Virus record (IMG/VR): IMGVR_UViG_3300037045_000348
Coordinates: 1-58,092 of that record
Strand: one strand, 5' to 3'
DNA from: a virus
Taxonomy: Duplodnaviria; Caudoviricetes
Length of the DNA stretch: 58,092 nt
Position 1 is the first letter of the stretch, and each line of letters begins with the position of its first letter. The notes beneath the pieces were generated by a model, which saw only the letters and a program-made list of their open reading frames with translations, had not been told where the DNA came from and made no database searches. The translations under genes and the position numbers were made by a program. This document shows positions 46,319 through 55,745 of the stretch, one piece after another.

Positions 46319-46888
46319 ATGCCACTCCGAAAGACTTTGACGGCAGACGGATCCGCTTGGCCGACGTTCGAAGCTCCGCTCAATATGGAGCTGTACGACG
46401 CCGAGGACGACGAGGCGTGTCACCAGGCTGCCGCAAACGCCGCACTGTGGCTCAAGGAAAGATCAACGCGCATCAAGGACGCGGTGGACGCCGTCGATGG
46501 CACCTCCTACAACGGGGTCGGATCGGACAGCTGGCAAGACACGCCCATCACCACCGTCCTCGATGACCAGGTGGCCGGGGACATCGTCACGGCACTCGTC
46601 AACTTCGAGGCGATGGCCGGGGGCGATAACGCGGGCCAGTCCGTGTCGTTTCGCGTGAAGATCGACGACGGTGACGGCGTCTCCTACTCGCGGGAATCGC
46701 TAATGTCAGCGCCAGAGGTGGACGTCATCTTCGTCGCATTCTGCCTGATCGCACAGCGAGTGCTGACGGCCAGCGCGAACGTGACCATCACTCTGCAAGT
46801 GAAGAACTCCAACGTTGGGGTCGACACTATTGTTGCAGCGGGAACGATTCTTCCCAGCGTCGAGCGCCGTAAGGCTGACGACATCTAG
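46319..46888 (+). CDS. Short tail fibre-like protein
   Basis: ANAALWLKER followed by a beta-rich domain. Confidence 0.5.
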   Translation: MPLRKTLTADGSAWPTFEAPLNMELYDAEDDEACHQAAANAALWLKERSTRIKDAVDAVDGTSYNGVGSDSWQDTPITTVLDDQVAGDIVTALVNFEAMAGGDNAGQSVSFRVKIDDGDGVSYSRESLMSAPEVDVIFVAFCLIAQRVLTASANVTITLQVKNSNVGVDTIVAAGTILPSVERRKADDI

Positions 46889-46911
46889 ATCCCAAGCCAC
46901 TGAGGTGCAAT

Positions 46912-47172
46912 ATGATCACGCAGATCGACGCGGCGTCGCGGTCGAAGACCTACGCCGCAGCAGGCCCCCTTGGGGCCGATGTGAACCTGTACGAGGAGGG
47001 CGGCGGCGTGCTCCCGCGGAGAATCCGCATCGGGGCAGCAGGCACCCTTCACGTCGTCTACGAGGGCGGCGTGGAGGATACCATCACCTACGTAAACGGC
47101 GACGTGGACGCGATCAAAGCCTACGTCATCAAGGCCGACTCCACCGCCCAGGCAATCACCGTTTACTGGTGA
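46912..47172 (+). CDS. Head-spike base-like protein (RcGTA Rcc01079-like)
   Basis: RRIRIGAAGTLHVV..G...T...STAQAITVYW pattern; 86 aa. Confidence 0.55.
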   Translation: MITQIDAASRSKTYAAAGPLGADVNLYEEGGGVLPRRIRIGAAGTLHVVYEGGVEDTITYVNGDVDAIKAYVIKADSTAQAITVYW

Positions 47173-47184
47173 GAGAGGAAGATC

Positions 47185-47535
47185 ATGGTCGAACTCATCG
47201 AAACTGCAGGGGTTTATGCGGTAGTCATTGTGGCCCTCGTCCAGGCAATCCGCGCCAGGGTTCCTTCTCTTGACGGTTGGCCCGTGCTGGTGGTCGCCGC
47301 GGTGGCTGCCATCGCGATCGTCGGTCTGTTCATGCCGACGCTCACTTCTGCGTCGGCCCTGGAGGCTGGCAGGATTGCAGTGCTCGCATGGCTGACAGCT
47401 GTCGGAGGAGACGCCTGGGCCACCAAGATCGCGACCAAGGGCAAGCTCACAACGGTGATCGACACGGACGCATGGCGTGAGGCTCCTACAGTCAAGGATC
47501 GCCCCACGGTGCCGCCAACAGGGGCGCCGTTGTGA
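47185..47535 (+). CDS. Holin-like membrane protein
   Basis: Three hydrophobic segments and a charged C-terminal tail; start of the lysis region. Confidence 0.6.
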   Translation: MVELIETAGVYAVVIVALVQAIRARVPSLDGWPVLVVAAVAAIAIVGLFMPTLTSASALEAGRIAVLAWLTAVGGDAWATKIATKGKLTTVIDTDAWREAPTVKDRPTVPPTGAPL

Positions 47536-48101
47536 CGGCCGCCTGTCACGAGCCCGGCAACGGCACCAAACCGCGCTGCGTCCGCGACTCGGACTTCGAC
47601 GCGATCAATGGTCGCCTCGATTCCCTCGACGAACGCACGGGCGAGATGATGCGTGAGGCGGTGGAGGCTCGCGCTGAGGCTCAGGCCGCCCACGCCATCG
47701 GGCGCAAAGTGCTCGACGAGGTCCTGGGCATGCGCGGCGAAATGCGCGAGGCCGAGGACCGCAGGAACCGCGAGTGCGACATCCGGCACAGGCCCATCGA
47801 GCGCCGCCTGGACCGTCTCGAGGACCACGACGACACGCTCACGGCCACATCGGCTGTGACGTATTCAGACGAAGCGCTCCGGAGGCGGTACGAGGAACGC
47901 AAGAGCGAGATTGCTGGGCTGCAGGTCCGCTTGGACTCCGTCGAGCAAAGCCTGTCGAAAGAGAGCAAGGCCAAAGCTTCCGCCGTGGAAGCCGAGGCTG
48001 TCGCGCGAGCCCGAGCCCGCGCGGCCCTGTGGGGAGCTGCTGGCGCAATCGCAATGGCGGTTGCGTCGGCGGTGGTCGCTGCGCTTCAAACCTGGAGATG
48101 A
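47532..48101 (+). CDS. Coiled-coil protein with a C-terminal TM helix
   Basis: Charged heptads and a hydrophobic C-terminus. Confidence 0.6.
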   Translation: MTAACHEPGNGTKPRCVRDSDFDAINGRLDSLDERTGEMMREAVEARAEAQAAHAIGRKVLDEVLGMRGEMREAEDRRNRECDIRHRPIERRLDRLEDHDDTLTATSAVTYSDEALRRRYEERKSEIAGLQVRLDSVEQSLSKESKAKASAVEAEAVARARARAALWGAAGAIAMAVASAVVAALQTWR

Positions 48102-48104
48102 ACA

Positions 48105-48551
48105 ATGCCTGAATTCCGACTGACCATCATCACGCTGTCGCTCGCTATCATCGTGGGCTTCGGACTCATATCCTGTCTGTCTGGTTGCTCGCTCCTACGC
48201 GACCCGTGCGGGGCGGTCATGCCCACCGTGGTCACGTCTCAGGCCCAACTGGCCGACGTGCAGCGGGCGCTCGCCGAAGTCGAACGGAGCGGGGTGCGCA
48301 ATCTGCTCAAGAGCCCCGATGCGCGCAAGGGCTTCGATGACGCCATGGCTCGGGCCTGGGCCGCGTATGAGGTTGCGGTGAAGTCGATCGCCTTGGCCTC
48401 GGAGTCGTGCTCGCAACCATCGATTGCTGGCCTACTCGCTGAGATCGTGGAGGCGTGGACCATCATTCGGTCCTTCGTCAACCTGTTCGGCGGGGGCCAA
48501 AGTGCGGGTGCCGTGAGTGACCCGATCGTGTGGACGGAGGCCCAGCGATGA
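48105..48551 (+). CDS. Lipoprotein
   Basis: Signal peptide with an LSGC lipobox. Confidence 0.6.
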   Translation: MPEFRLTIITLSLAIIVGFGLISCLSGCSLLRDPCGAVMPTVVTSQAQLADVQRALAEVERSGVRNLLKSPDARKGFDDAMARAWAAYEVAVKSIALASESCSQPSIAGLLAEIVEAWTIIRSFVNLFGGGQSAGAVSDPIVWTEAQR

Positions 48552-49339
48552 GCCGGAAGTTCTGCAATGGCTTCATCCCTTCGCCCCCCGACGCGGCTCC
48601 GTACGGACTCGCATATGCGCCCGTCGAGTCCCCTCCGAGCTGCGACGCGCTGTCGAAGTGCGTGCGCCGCGGAGGCGAACAACTGGCGGAGGACTGCCTA
48701 GCGTGGGCATACGCTGGGGCGATCTGGGCGACGCTCGGCCTGCTGGGTCTGCCGCGAACGTGGCCCAGCGTGCTGGCGCTCTACTACCTCGCCAGACTGA
48801 AGCGGGCGAAGGGCAAGAAGGCGCTGCTGACGGACACCGGGTCGAATATGCTCGCGATGAGCGAGGTCGCGCGCGAGACGGGCTGGGTGTCCGAAACGCG
48901 ATGGCGCTACGACCGAAGCAACGTCAATAAGGAGCCCCCCTGGGACGCGCTGACTGCGGGGCTCGACCAGGACTGGCTTCGGCCCCGTCGCATCTTGCAC
49001 AGCACGAAGCTCGTCGCGCAGATCAAGTCCGCGCTCTCTGCCCCCGGGAAGCAAGCTCGCTTCGTCGTCCGCGGCAAGCGCGTGGATCGGTCCTACCTGC
49101 ACTGGACGCCGGGGAAGCTTGCGTGGGAGCTGACCGGCCCCGTGGAGGGAAGGCACGCCGAGTTGTGCGCAACCTACACGGAAGACGGCCTCGGGCACGT
49201 CTCATCGTGGGGAGAACCCTACGACCGGATCGAGGCCTGGAAGAACATCGAGAACGACCTCGAGGCGGAGACCTGGGTGGCGGACGTGGACGTCGCCGCG
49301 CTGGTCGCGAACCTGCGGAAGATGGGGGTGATGCGATGA
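48548..49339 (+). CDS. Papain-like (C1-type) cysteine peptidase
   Basis: Q....CLAWA, S.LALYY.AR...DTG, GRHA, SSWG. Confidence 0.65.
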   Translation: MSRKFCNGFIPSPPDAAPYGLAYAPVESPPSCDALSKCVRRGGEQLAEDCLAWAYAGAIWATLGLLGLPRTWPSVLALYYLARLKRAKGKKALLTDTGSNMLAMSEVARETGWVSETRWRYDRSNVNKEPPWDALTAGLDQDWLRPRRILHSTKLVAQIKSALSAPGKQARFVVRGKRVDRSYLHWTPGKLAWELTGPVEGRHAELCATYTEDGLGHVSSWGEPYDRIEAWKNIENDLEAETWVADVDVAALVANLRKMGVMR

Positions 49340-49767
49340 TCTCTGCCGAATTCGACCAAGAGCTTCAGCGGCTCCGTACCCAGCTTCGGGGAATCCGCGA
49401 ATTCGCCGGCCGTGTGTTCGAGCGCGCCGTGCTCGCGTGGCACGTCCCAGCGCTTCGTGCGCTCGCCATCGTGGTCGCCGTCGTGGCAGCGCTCGCCTTC
49501 GTGTTCGTCCTCGCGGTCGCGCTGTCCGGCTGCTCTCCCGAGCCCGTCACGCCGTCCCCCGGCCTTCCGTTGTGCCCCCAGGCGTGCGACATGCTCGAGC
49601 GGCTCGAGTGCCCTGAAGGTCTCGACCCCGACTGCACGCCCGACTGTGAGCGCTTGTCCCGGCTCGGATACCTGTGGATGGACGACTCATCGGGCCCGTC
49701 GTGCGTCGTCGCGAGCAACGGCACCGTCGAGGGGGTGAGGGCGTGCAACGTGCGGTGCGAGAGATGA
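49336..49767 (+). CDS. Cys-rich membrane/lipoprotein
   Basis: Hydrophobic helix, LSGC lipobox, multiple Cys. Confidence 0.55.
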   Translation: MISAEFDQELQRLRTQLRGIREFAGRVFERAVLAWHVPALRALAIVVAVVAALAFVFVLAVALSGCSPEPVTPSPGLPLCPQACDMLERLECPEGLDPDCTPDCERLSRLGYLWMDDSSGPSCVVASNGTVEGVRACNVRCER

Positions 49768-50393
49768 GGGCCGCCGCCGCTCGTCCCCACGCCCGCGGCA
49801 TCGACACGGTGCAGGCGCTGGATGCGGCCGCGTGTCGGCATCTGGTCCGAGCTGGCGTCGACTTCGTCGTGCGCTACCTCCACGGACGCTACGCCGTGAC
49901 GCGCGAGGAGGTCGCCCGCATCTTGTGCTCGGGGCTCGCGCTGATGCTGTGCACGCCATCGAGGACTCCAGGGTGGACACCATCGGGTGACATCGGCGCC
50001 ACGGACGGTCAGATGGCCCTCGACTGGCTGGCTGACCTGAGCATCCCGAAGGGCGCTACCGTGTGGCTCGATCTCGAAGGCTGCATGGGCCCCGCCGACA
50101 AGACCGCGGAATGGATCAACGCGTGGTCGATGCTGGTCGTGGGCGCTGGGTACCAGGCCGGCTTGTACGTCGGCGCGGACCCCGGAGGGCTCGACTCCGA
50201 GGCGTTGTGGAAACTCCCCCGCATCACGCGCTACTGGCGGTCAGGGTCGCGCGTGCCTGAGCCATCCAACCGCGGGTGGTGCATGCAGCAGCTCCGTCCC
50301 CTCGACGTGATGCTCGGGCCCATCCGCGTGGACCACGACGCCATCGAGACCGACTTCCGCGGCGGGCTGCCGACGTGGATAGAGGCGACGTGA
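49764..50393 (+). CDS. Endolysin, DUF1906/GH25-like glycoside hydrolase
   Basis: GIDT, FVVRYL, VWLDLE, GYQAGLYVG. Confidence 0.75.
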   Translation: MRAAAARPHARGIDTVQALDAAACRHLVRAGVDFVVRYLHGRYAVTREEVARILCSGLALMLCTPSRTPGWTPSGDIGATDGQMALDWLADLSIPKGATVWLDLEGCMGPADKTAEWINAWSMLVVGAGYQAGLYVGADPGGLDSEALWKLPRITRYWRSGSRVPEPSNRGWCMQQLRPLDVMLGPIRVDHDAIETDFRGGLPTWIEAT

Positions 50394-50569
50394 TCACCGT
50401 TCGTCTCATCATGCTCTCGGGAGCTCGCGAGATCGTCCGACTCGACGATGCCGGCGTGGTCGTCTACGCACCGGACGCGCTGACCTGGGCGATGTGGGCT
50501 AGGTGGACGGATGTACGCTGGCAGCTCGCGGACAGAGGAATTGTGGTCGAGAGCGAGGAGAGGAAATGA
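50390..50569 (+). CDS. Hypothetical protein
   Basis: Coupled at both ends. Confidence 0.45.
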   Translation: MITVRLIMLSGAREIVRLDDAGVVVYAPDALTWAMWARWTDVRWQLADRGIVVESEERK

Positions 50570-51267
50570 AACGTGTCCACCTCTGGGAGCCTGGAACCGG
50601 TCGCGTCTCGCTCGAGCTCGTACGCCGGGCCGCCGTCGAGATCGCGACGTGGGCCGTCGATGGTTCTCGAGGCCGCTCCGTCGGCGACCCCGTGCACGAG
50701 TGGGTCACCGAGGGGCGTCGCAAGCAGTACGAGGACGCCCTGCGACGTGGTGCAGCCTGGGCCATCAAGATGCGCGACGAAGGCGGCGGCTACCAGAGCT
50801 GCGGCGACCTGTGGCACTTCGTGGCAATGCTTCTCGGGTGCCGTGACGAGCGCGTCGTCAATCGCGGTGATGATGGGGGCCTAGTGGGCTGGGCAGTCGG
50901 CGCCAACCTCTCCCGACTGGTTCGCTCTCCTTGGTACGTCGCGTGGGGCGAGCCCGACCTGGGCGATCTGCTGCACGTCACTGGGCCCGACCACGCGGCC
51001 GTCCTGCTCGAGCGCACGGCGGAGAACGAATGGGCAACGGGTGACTTCGGTCAGCCGTACGGTCGCAGGAAGGTGTGCCCCGTGCGTCCGATCTGGGGTG
51101 GAGGCCGGACGGTGCGGGGAAGGCGACTGGCAGGGTGGGTATCGCTCGCTCGGATGGTGGAAATGGGCGGGCTGGTCGAGTCTGCGATCGTGCCGGACTC
51201 TTGGGTGGGAGGGGTACCGGACGACAATCCCTACCCGGAGGACTTGCGCATTCCGGAAGGGGTCTAG
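50566..51267 (+). CDS. CHAP/NlpC-like amidase/peptidase
   Basis: YQSCGDL...PDLGDLL..DHAAV...GDFGQ. Confidence 0.55.
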   Translation: MKRVHLWEPGTGRVSLELVRRAAVEIATWAVDGSRGRSVGDPVHEWVTEGRRKQYEDALRRGAAWAIKMRDEGGGYQSCGDLWHFVAMLLGCRDERVVNRGDDGGLVGWAVGANLSRLVRSPWYVAWGEPDLGDLLHVTGPDHAAVLLERTAENEWATGDFGQPYGRRKVCPVRPIWGGGRTVRGRRLAGWVSLARMVEMGGLVESAIVPDSWVGGVPDDNPYPEDLRIPEGV

Positions 51268-51298
51268 ACCGGAGACCGGAAGCCGCGTGGCTTTCAGC

Positions 51299-51334
51299 AA
51301 GCGCCTCGACTTCGGTCGGGGCGCTTTCGTCGTT
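51299..51334 (+). terminator. Intrinsic terminator at the end of the late operon
   Basis: AAGCGCCTCGAC-TTCG-GTCGGGGCGCTT followed by a T-containing tail. Confidence 0.75.
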
Positions 51335-51401
51335 TGTGGAGCTCGATCAGTCAGCGAGTTCAATCCTTCCAGTCCTGACTGGACCGCGGTATGCTCTCTG
51401 C

Positions 51402-52487
51402 ATGGCGGGACGCTTGAACCTGATGCACTCCTTCGTTGACAACGGTTTCGCTCCGGGTGTCGATTTCTTCCAGCACCTTGTTGCGAGCGGTGACTTCAGC
51501 AAAGATATCCTCGTTCAGCTCGTCCCCAAGTCACGGCAACAGCCCAAAGACCAGCTCGTCAGGGAACTCTCGGACAAGTTCGAGGCTGGCTCCCTCGATG
51601 TGGATGCGCTAATGCTGGCCTTTTGTCGTCGGCCTCGCAAGTGGCTGGCCTTCTACTTGACTGAGACGGATGGATTTCCGCAGAAACTCACCGCCAGGGA
51701 CTTCCTGTCAGAGTTTGGGAAGTCTCAGTCCTGGTACGGGCCCTTTCGGGACGGGCGGACGGCCTGGTACGTCCTCGCGGTCACGGTGACGCACTGGCTC
51801 TTCGAACCGGGCGATGATGCGCCCCAGTCCTGCCGGATTCGCTGGCATGTGACGGTGGAGGCTGCCCCGAAGTACATTGCTCTGCATTGGGACGGCTTCT
51901 CCTACAGCTCGGCGCCGACTGGTTCCTTACACACAAGCCAGTTCGCTTTTTGGCAGCGCCTGCCAACAGCAGTGCGTGCACTGGAGGAGATGCTCGGTAC
52001 GCCCCTCAAGCAACCAAACTTGTCGCAGTTGGTTCTCGACCAAATGTGGTCCAAGTACAGGTCCGCCGGTGACGTCCGATGGATAGACCGCCGTGTCCGC
52101 GCTGAGAGCGCAGGCGTCGCTCTCAACGCGCACAGTGGCGCCGTTGTTGATATCGACGTTGCTGGCTTGGGTGCGCTGGCGGACCGCCTCGCAGACGCTG
52201 TGCTTCTTGCAATTGGGGCGCCCGAGAGCGAGACCAACAGGCGTGATGTGCGCGACGCGGTTCTCCAAACAATAGTCAAGGAGTGGGGCACCAAGTCGTA
52301 TGAGTGCAGCTTGGATAGGGTCTCGCCGCAAGAGACGAAGGAGACGAAGGAGTTCCGAGGGCACTGTTACTTCGGACTGAAGGGCGACGAAAGCCAAGAT
52401 GCATTCCAGCACGTCAATTGCTTCTCCGAGTACGGAGGGAGCGCGGGGGCTTTGAGATTTCTACTTGGCGAGTTGGGTGTTCGGTGA
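51402..52487 (+). CDS. Hypothetical 361-aa protein, gene A of a candidate defence operon
   Basis: Own promoter TTCCAG-17nt-TATGCT ending at 51395 suggests a leaderless start; GTGA-coupled to the next gene. Confidence 0.7.
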   Translation: MAGRLNLMHSFVDNGFAPGVDFFQHLVASGDFSKDILVQLVPKSRQQPKDQLVRELSDKFEAGSLDVDALMLAFCRRPRKWLAFYLTETDGFPQKLTARDFLSEFGKSQSWYGPFRDGRTAWYVLAVTVTHWLFEPGDDAPQSCRIRWHVTVEAAPKYIALHWDGFSYSSAPTGSLHTSQFAFWQRLPTAVRALEEMLGTPLKQPNLSQLVLDQMWSKYRSAGDVRWIDRRVRAESAGVALNAHSGAVVDIDVAGLGALADRLADAVLLAIGAPESETNRRDVRDAVLQTIVKEWGTKSYECSLDRVSPQETKETKEFRGHCYFGLKGDESQDAFQHVNCFSEYGGSAGALRFLLGELGVR

Positions 52488-52855
52488 ACATCGGGCCGTT
52501 GCGGGAACATATGCCCGCAGTGTCGCAATCTCAGTGGGAGGTTCTCGTTTCGTTTCTCAACAGCCGCCGCGCCGCGCAGCCCCATGAGATTGCAATCGCT
52601 ACGGGAATACGTTCTTCGACAGCATTGGCCATCTTCGCGCACCTCGCGTCCATGGGTGCGACAACAAACTACCTACTACTGTATCACGGCTGCAGCGAAG
52701 CACCGTTCGCGGCTCGCCAGCTCCGCGATGGTCTTCCAAGCTTTCCTCTGCAGTGTACTCTATGCGACGAGGAGATCGTTGACGACCGGAATATTGGCTA
52801 TGATACTCGCACGATGCTGACTGAGGGGGTCACTCTCGAACTGGAGCGCCCATGA
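52484..52855 (+). CDS. Small wHTH + Zn-ribbon-like protein, gene B
   Basis: PHEIAIATGI...HLASMG; HGC...CTLC. Confidence 0.65.
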   Translation: MNIGPLREHMPAVSQSQWEVLVSFLNSRRAAQPHEIAIATGIRSSTALAIFAHLASMGATTNYLLLYHGCSEAPFAARQLRDGLPSFPLQCTLCDEEIVDDRNIGYDTRTMLTEGVTLELERP

Positions 52856-53601
52856 CGCCCGAAGAGTTCTTCGAGCAGTACATCGAGGCCTTGGAACAAG
52901 TTGGGGAAGCCACCGGTCCTTTGCAGAATCTCTCTTCCCTACTCTACCCGGCAAACGACGAGCTTGACCAGTACATCCAGAAGCTCGAGGCCATTTGCAG
53001 CAAGCAGCACCCCACGGATGCCGACAAGCGCGAAGCGGGGAACCTGATGGAACAGATTGCCTTCCTGGCATTCAGAAACCTCGCCCGGGCAGATTCGCTT
53101 CAGTCCTATCGAAGCCCGGTTGGGCAGCACGATCTCTTGGTGTCGGGCCAAGATGTTCCTTGGACCATGCTGATGAGCATGTGCCAAGGCAACAAGAATT
53201 TCGGCGGGATACTCGTGGAAGCAAAGGCTTGGGGGGGCAAGGTCGGCACTGCAGAGTTTCTTCGGTTGTACGCTCTCATAGAGATTTCGATGAAGTATTC
53301 GTGCGATATTGGCGTGTTCTTTACGGTCAAGGGTGCGTCCGGTTTTCCGAGGGATCCTGGCACTCACCAAACCAAGGTGTCTGAATGCCGTTTGCTGCAG
53401 GTGCTCGCGATGGCGAAGAGCGGAATCCGCGTTGTCGTGTTCGACTTGGACGAGATCAAGACGCTTGTTCAGGCGGGCTCCTTGCCTGTCGCGCTCCAGC
53501 GGAAGATCAAGGACATCGAAGCCATCAATGGCCGGTGGCTTCCCTCCACCTCCCCTGATGTCCAGTTGGTGGACTTGCCCGAGCACTTGAAGGGCCTGTG
53601 A
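52852..53601 (+). CDS. Mrr-like PD-(D/E)XK restriction endonuclease, gene C
   Basis: GNLME, QHDLLV, ILVEAK, GVFFT. Confidence 0.75.
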   Translation: MTPEEFFEQYIEALEQVGEATGPLQNLSSLLYPANDELDQYIQKLEAICSKQHPTDADKREAGNLMEQIAFLAFRNLARADSLQSYRSPVGQHDLLVSGQDVPWTMLMSMCQGNKNFGGILVEAKAWGGKVGTAEFLRLYALIEISMKYSCDIGVFFTVKGASGFPRDPGTHQTKVSECRLLQVLAMAKSGIRVVVFDLDEIKTLVQAGSLPVALQRKIKDIEAINGRWLPSTSPDVQLVDLPEHLKGL

Positions 53602-53643
53602 CGATTTCACGCAACCGATTCGACGCACGTCCGAAGAGGGGGC

Positions 53644-53823
53644 ATGAAGACCACACGCATCACCCCCGAAGATAGTTTGCTCGTGCTTGACGCGACCGGT
53701 TCGCCCCTGTTCGAGCTCGAGGCCAGAAGCAACGGCGTCGCGATCATCGCCGAGGATGGCAGGCGCATCGCCTGGGTCCCCATCTCGACGGCGGACGGGC
53801 CACCAGGTTCGCCGCCGAATTGA
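53644..53823 (+). CDS. Hypothetical 59-aa protein (MKTTRITPED...)
   Basis: G-rich SD; fills the gap. Confidence 0.4.
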   Translation: MKTTRITPEDSLLVLDATGSPLFELEARSNGVAIIAEDGRRIAWVPISTADGPPGSPPN

Positions 53824-53824
53824 C

Positions 53825-54478
53825 CTAACCCTTCTTCTTCATCATCGCCTTCAAGTTGGTCGCAACGGCACGGAGGCGATCGACGACGAGCAGGACGTCA
53901 GCTGGACTGTAAGCGAACGGATGCGAACACGGCCTCTGGGCGCTTTCGAGCAGCTCGACATCGACTCTCCACATCGCCCCACACACCTGGCACTTCGTGT
54001 CCAGCGCGATCGCCCCGAGCGTGAGGCCCCCCGAGGGGATTGTGTCTAGCATGCCGTTCTGCTTCGGTGGCTTCATGGGGGGATGCGGCATCGTCAAGAG
54101 CACTTCCACCTGGTGGGCGTTCCTGACCCAGTCCTGGACGGCCGCCGACACGAAGAACTTCCCGACGCATGCGGCTCGCAGCCCCGTTTCCGCTTGGAGT
54201 TCGATCAACGCCCACTGCCATCGCTCGGCAAGATCACGCGGAAGGTACCCGACCTTCCCGCCCCCGACGTACACTGCCACCGCGTTCTTGTCGTGCGCGT
54301 TCTCCGGTTCCGGGATCAGCCACGCACAGAAAGGGTTCTGGACGCCGAAATGCTGGACCACCATCTCGATGTGATCTTGGTGGTAGGACTCGCCAGCGAC
54401 GTGGACAGAGTTGTCGCCGGCCAGCCAGGCGCACTGGTGGTTCTCGGCAACGGTAGATCTGAAGTCGATCGAAGCCAT
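53825..54478 (-). CDS. HIRAN-domain protein
   Basis: VAGESYHQ...EPENAHDKNAVAV..GGKVGYLPR. Confidence 0.8.
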   Translation of the reverse strand: MASIDFRSTVAENHQCAWLAGDNSVHVAGESYHQDHIEMVVQHFGVQNPFCAWLIPEPENAHDKNAVAVYVGGGKVGYLPRDLAERWQWALIELQAETGLRAACVGKFFVSAAVQDWVRNAHQVEVLLTMPHPPMKPPKQNGMLDTIPSGGLTLGAIALDTKCQVCGAMWRVDVELLESAQRPCSHPFAYSPADVLLVVDRLRAVATNLKAMMKKKG

Positions 54479-54514
54479 GAACAATCCTTCACTCGGTGGT
54501 GAGCCTTGGACGTT

Positions 54515-54712
54515 CTAGCTGTCCGCTTTCCCGCGGGCAAGGTCGCGGATTTCCTTTAGCAAATGGTACTGACCTCGAGCGTACACGAGCATCAGGTCAG
54601 CTCGCAGTGCGTCCCTGTCAGGTCGTGGCGAACCGAGTCCGGGCTTTGGTTGAAATGATTGAAAGTACTTTGTTTCAGCTTCGGCGACGGCCTTCTCGTA
54701 GTCCTTGTTCAT
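54515..54712 (-). CDS. Hypothetical 65-aa protein
   Basis: SD GGAGG; in the leftward operon. Confidence 0.5.
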   Translation of the reverse strand: MNKDYEKAVAEAETKYFQSFQPKPGLGSPRPDRDALRADLMLVYARGQYHLLKEIRDLARGKADS

Positions 54713-54755
54713 TCGAGCCTCCGGTGGCAAGGATATGTGACTCGAGCGAAGACGA

Positions 54756-55745
54756 CTACTCCAAACCCACCTTCCGCACCGTGGGCACGGTGCCGGCGCC
54801 CCCGACGAGGACCGGAGAGACCCACCGGACCACCGGAAGGGTGCGGCCCTTGCCCGTCAGGTACGTGTGCCAGTGCGCCCGTCTGACGTGCGGCCTGGGG
54901 GACGCGTGGGAGCCCTCGCCGGGCTCTCCACGCTCCACGTCGCCAGCGGCTCGCAGGGCCGCCCCGATCCTCATGCCGACGTCCCAAACGGTGGGAGCCT
55001 CGGGCGCGATGATCTTCGTCCCCTTGTTCGTCTTCACGGGCTTGGGACGAACCGGTTTGCGATCCCCAGCGTAGTCCGCGTCGTCGCTGCAAAGGTAGAG
55101 CAACAGGGAGAGCAGAGGACGAACAACCTTGGCGGTCTCCTCGGCGATAGGTCGGGGGCCTACCCACGACGGGCTGCCAGCCTTGGCCCACTGCGTCGCC
55201 GCCTCTGCCTCGAAGGCGTGCAAGGCGTCCTCGAGGGTCCCGCCGCTGAGGTGAAGAATGATGGGCACAAGCCGAGGGGCGGCGTCGCGGTCCACGTCCT
55301 GGAGGATGCGAAGCTCGGTGCGACCGTCCCCTGCGTCCCACTCGAGGAAGGCGAAGAAGCCGTGCATGGGGGCGACAGGCGCTTCGACGTACACGCACCA
55401 CTCGGGTAGGCGCTGCAGAACTTCCACCGGGAGGTCGCCGGTGACGGGCGTTTCGACCAGGGCGCTGAACAGGTCGTCGTCGAAGCGATAGATGCCCTTG
55501 CCTGGCCGCCATGCCGCGAGGGCGCCGAGTTCGCCAATCAGGTGGGCCTGGTCGAAGGGCACGCGACCGTCTCCGCCGCCGCTGATGATCGCGTAGCTCG
55601 CAGCGAGCGGGCAGTAACACCAGTTCGGCCACTCAGGCAGACCGCGGCCGCGATCGTTTCTGAACCGCTCGTACTCACGCCAGAACTTCGGGAAAAGCGC
55701 GGTGACGCGCTGGAGATGCTGAGCTGGGCGAGGAAGATTGGTCAC
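54756..55745 (-). CDS. AcrVA2/FinQ-family protein
   Basis: AWR..KGIYRFD, LPEWCVYV, LLLYLC, PHVRRAHWHTY, VRW..PVLV follow the motif order I recall for AcrVA2; GTG coupled to the upstream stop. Confidence 0.75.
   Translation of the reverse strand: MTNLPRPAQHLQRVTALFPKFWREYERFRNDRGRGLPEWPNWCYCPLAASYAIISGGGDGRVPFDQAHLIGELGALAAWRPGKGIYRFDDDLFSALVETPVTGDLPVEVLQRLPEWCVYVEAPVAPMHGFFAFLEWDAGDGRTELRILQDVDRDAAPRLVPIILHLSGGTLEDALHAFEAEAATQWAKAGSPSWVGPRPIAEETAKVVRPLLSLLLYLCSDDADYAGDRKPVRPKPVKTNKGTKIIAPEAPTVWDVGMRIGAALRAAGDVERGEPGEGSHASPRPHVRRAHWHTYLTGKGRTLPVVRWVSPVLVGGAGTVPTVRKVGLE

Noticed and set aside
51075-51401. N-terminal extension of the 470-aa ORF shown in the ORF track
   Set aside because: It overlaps the upstream amidase gene and crosses the terminator; the promoter position favours a start at 51402
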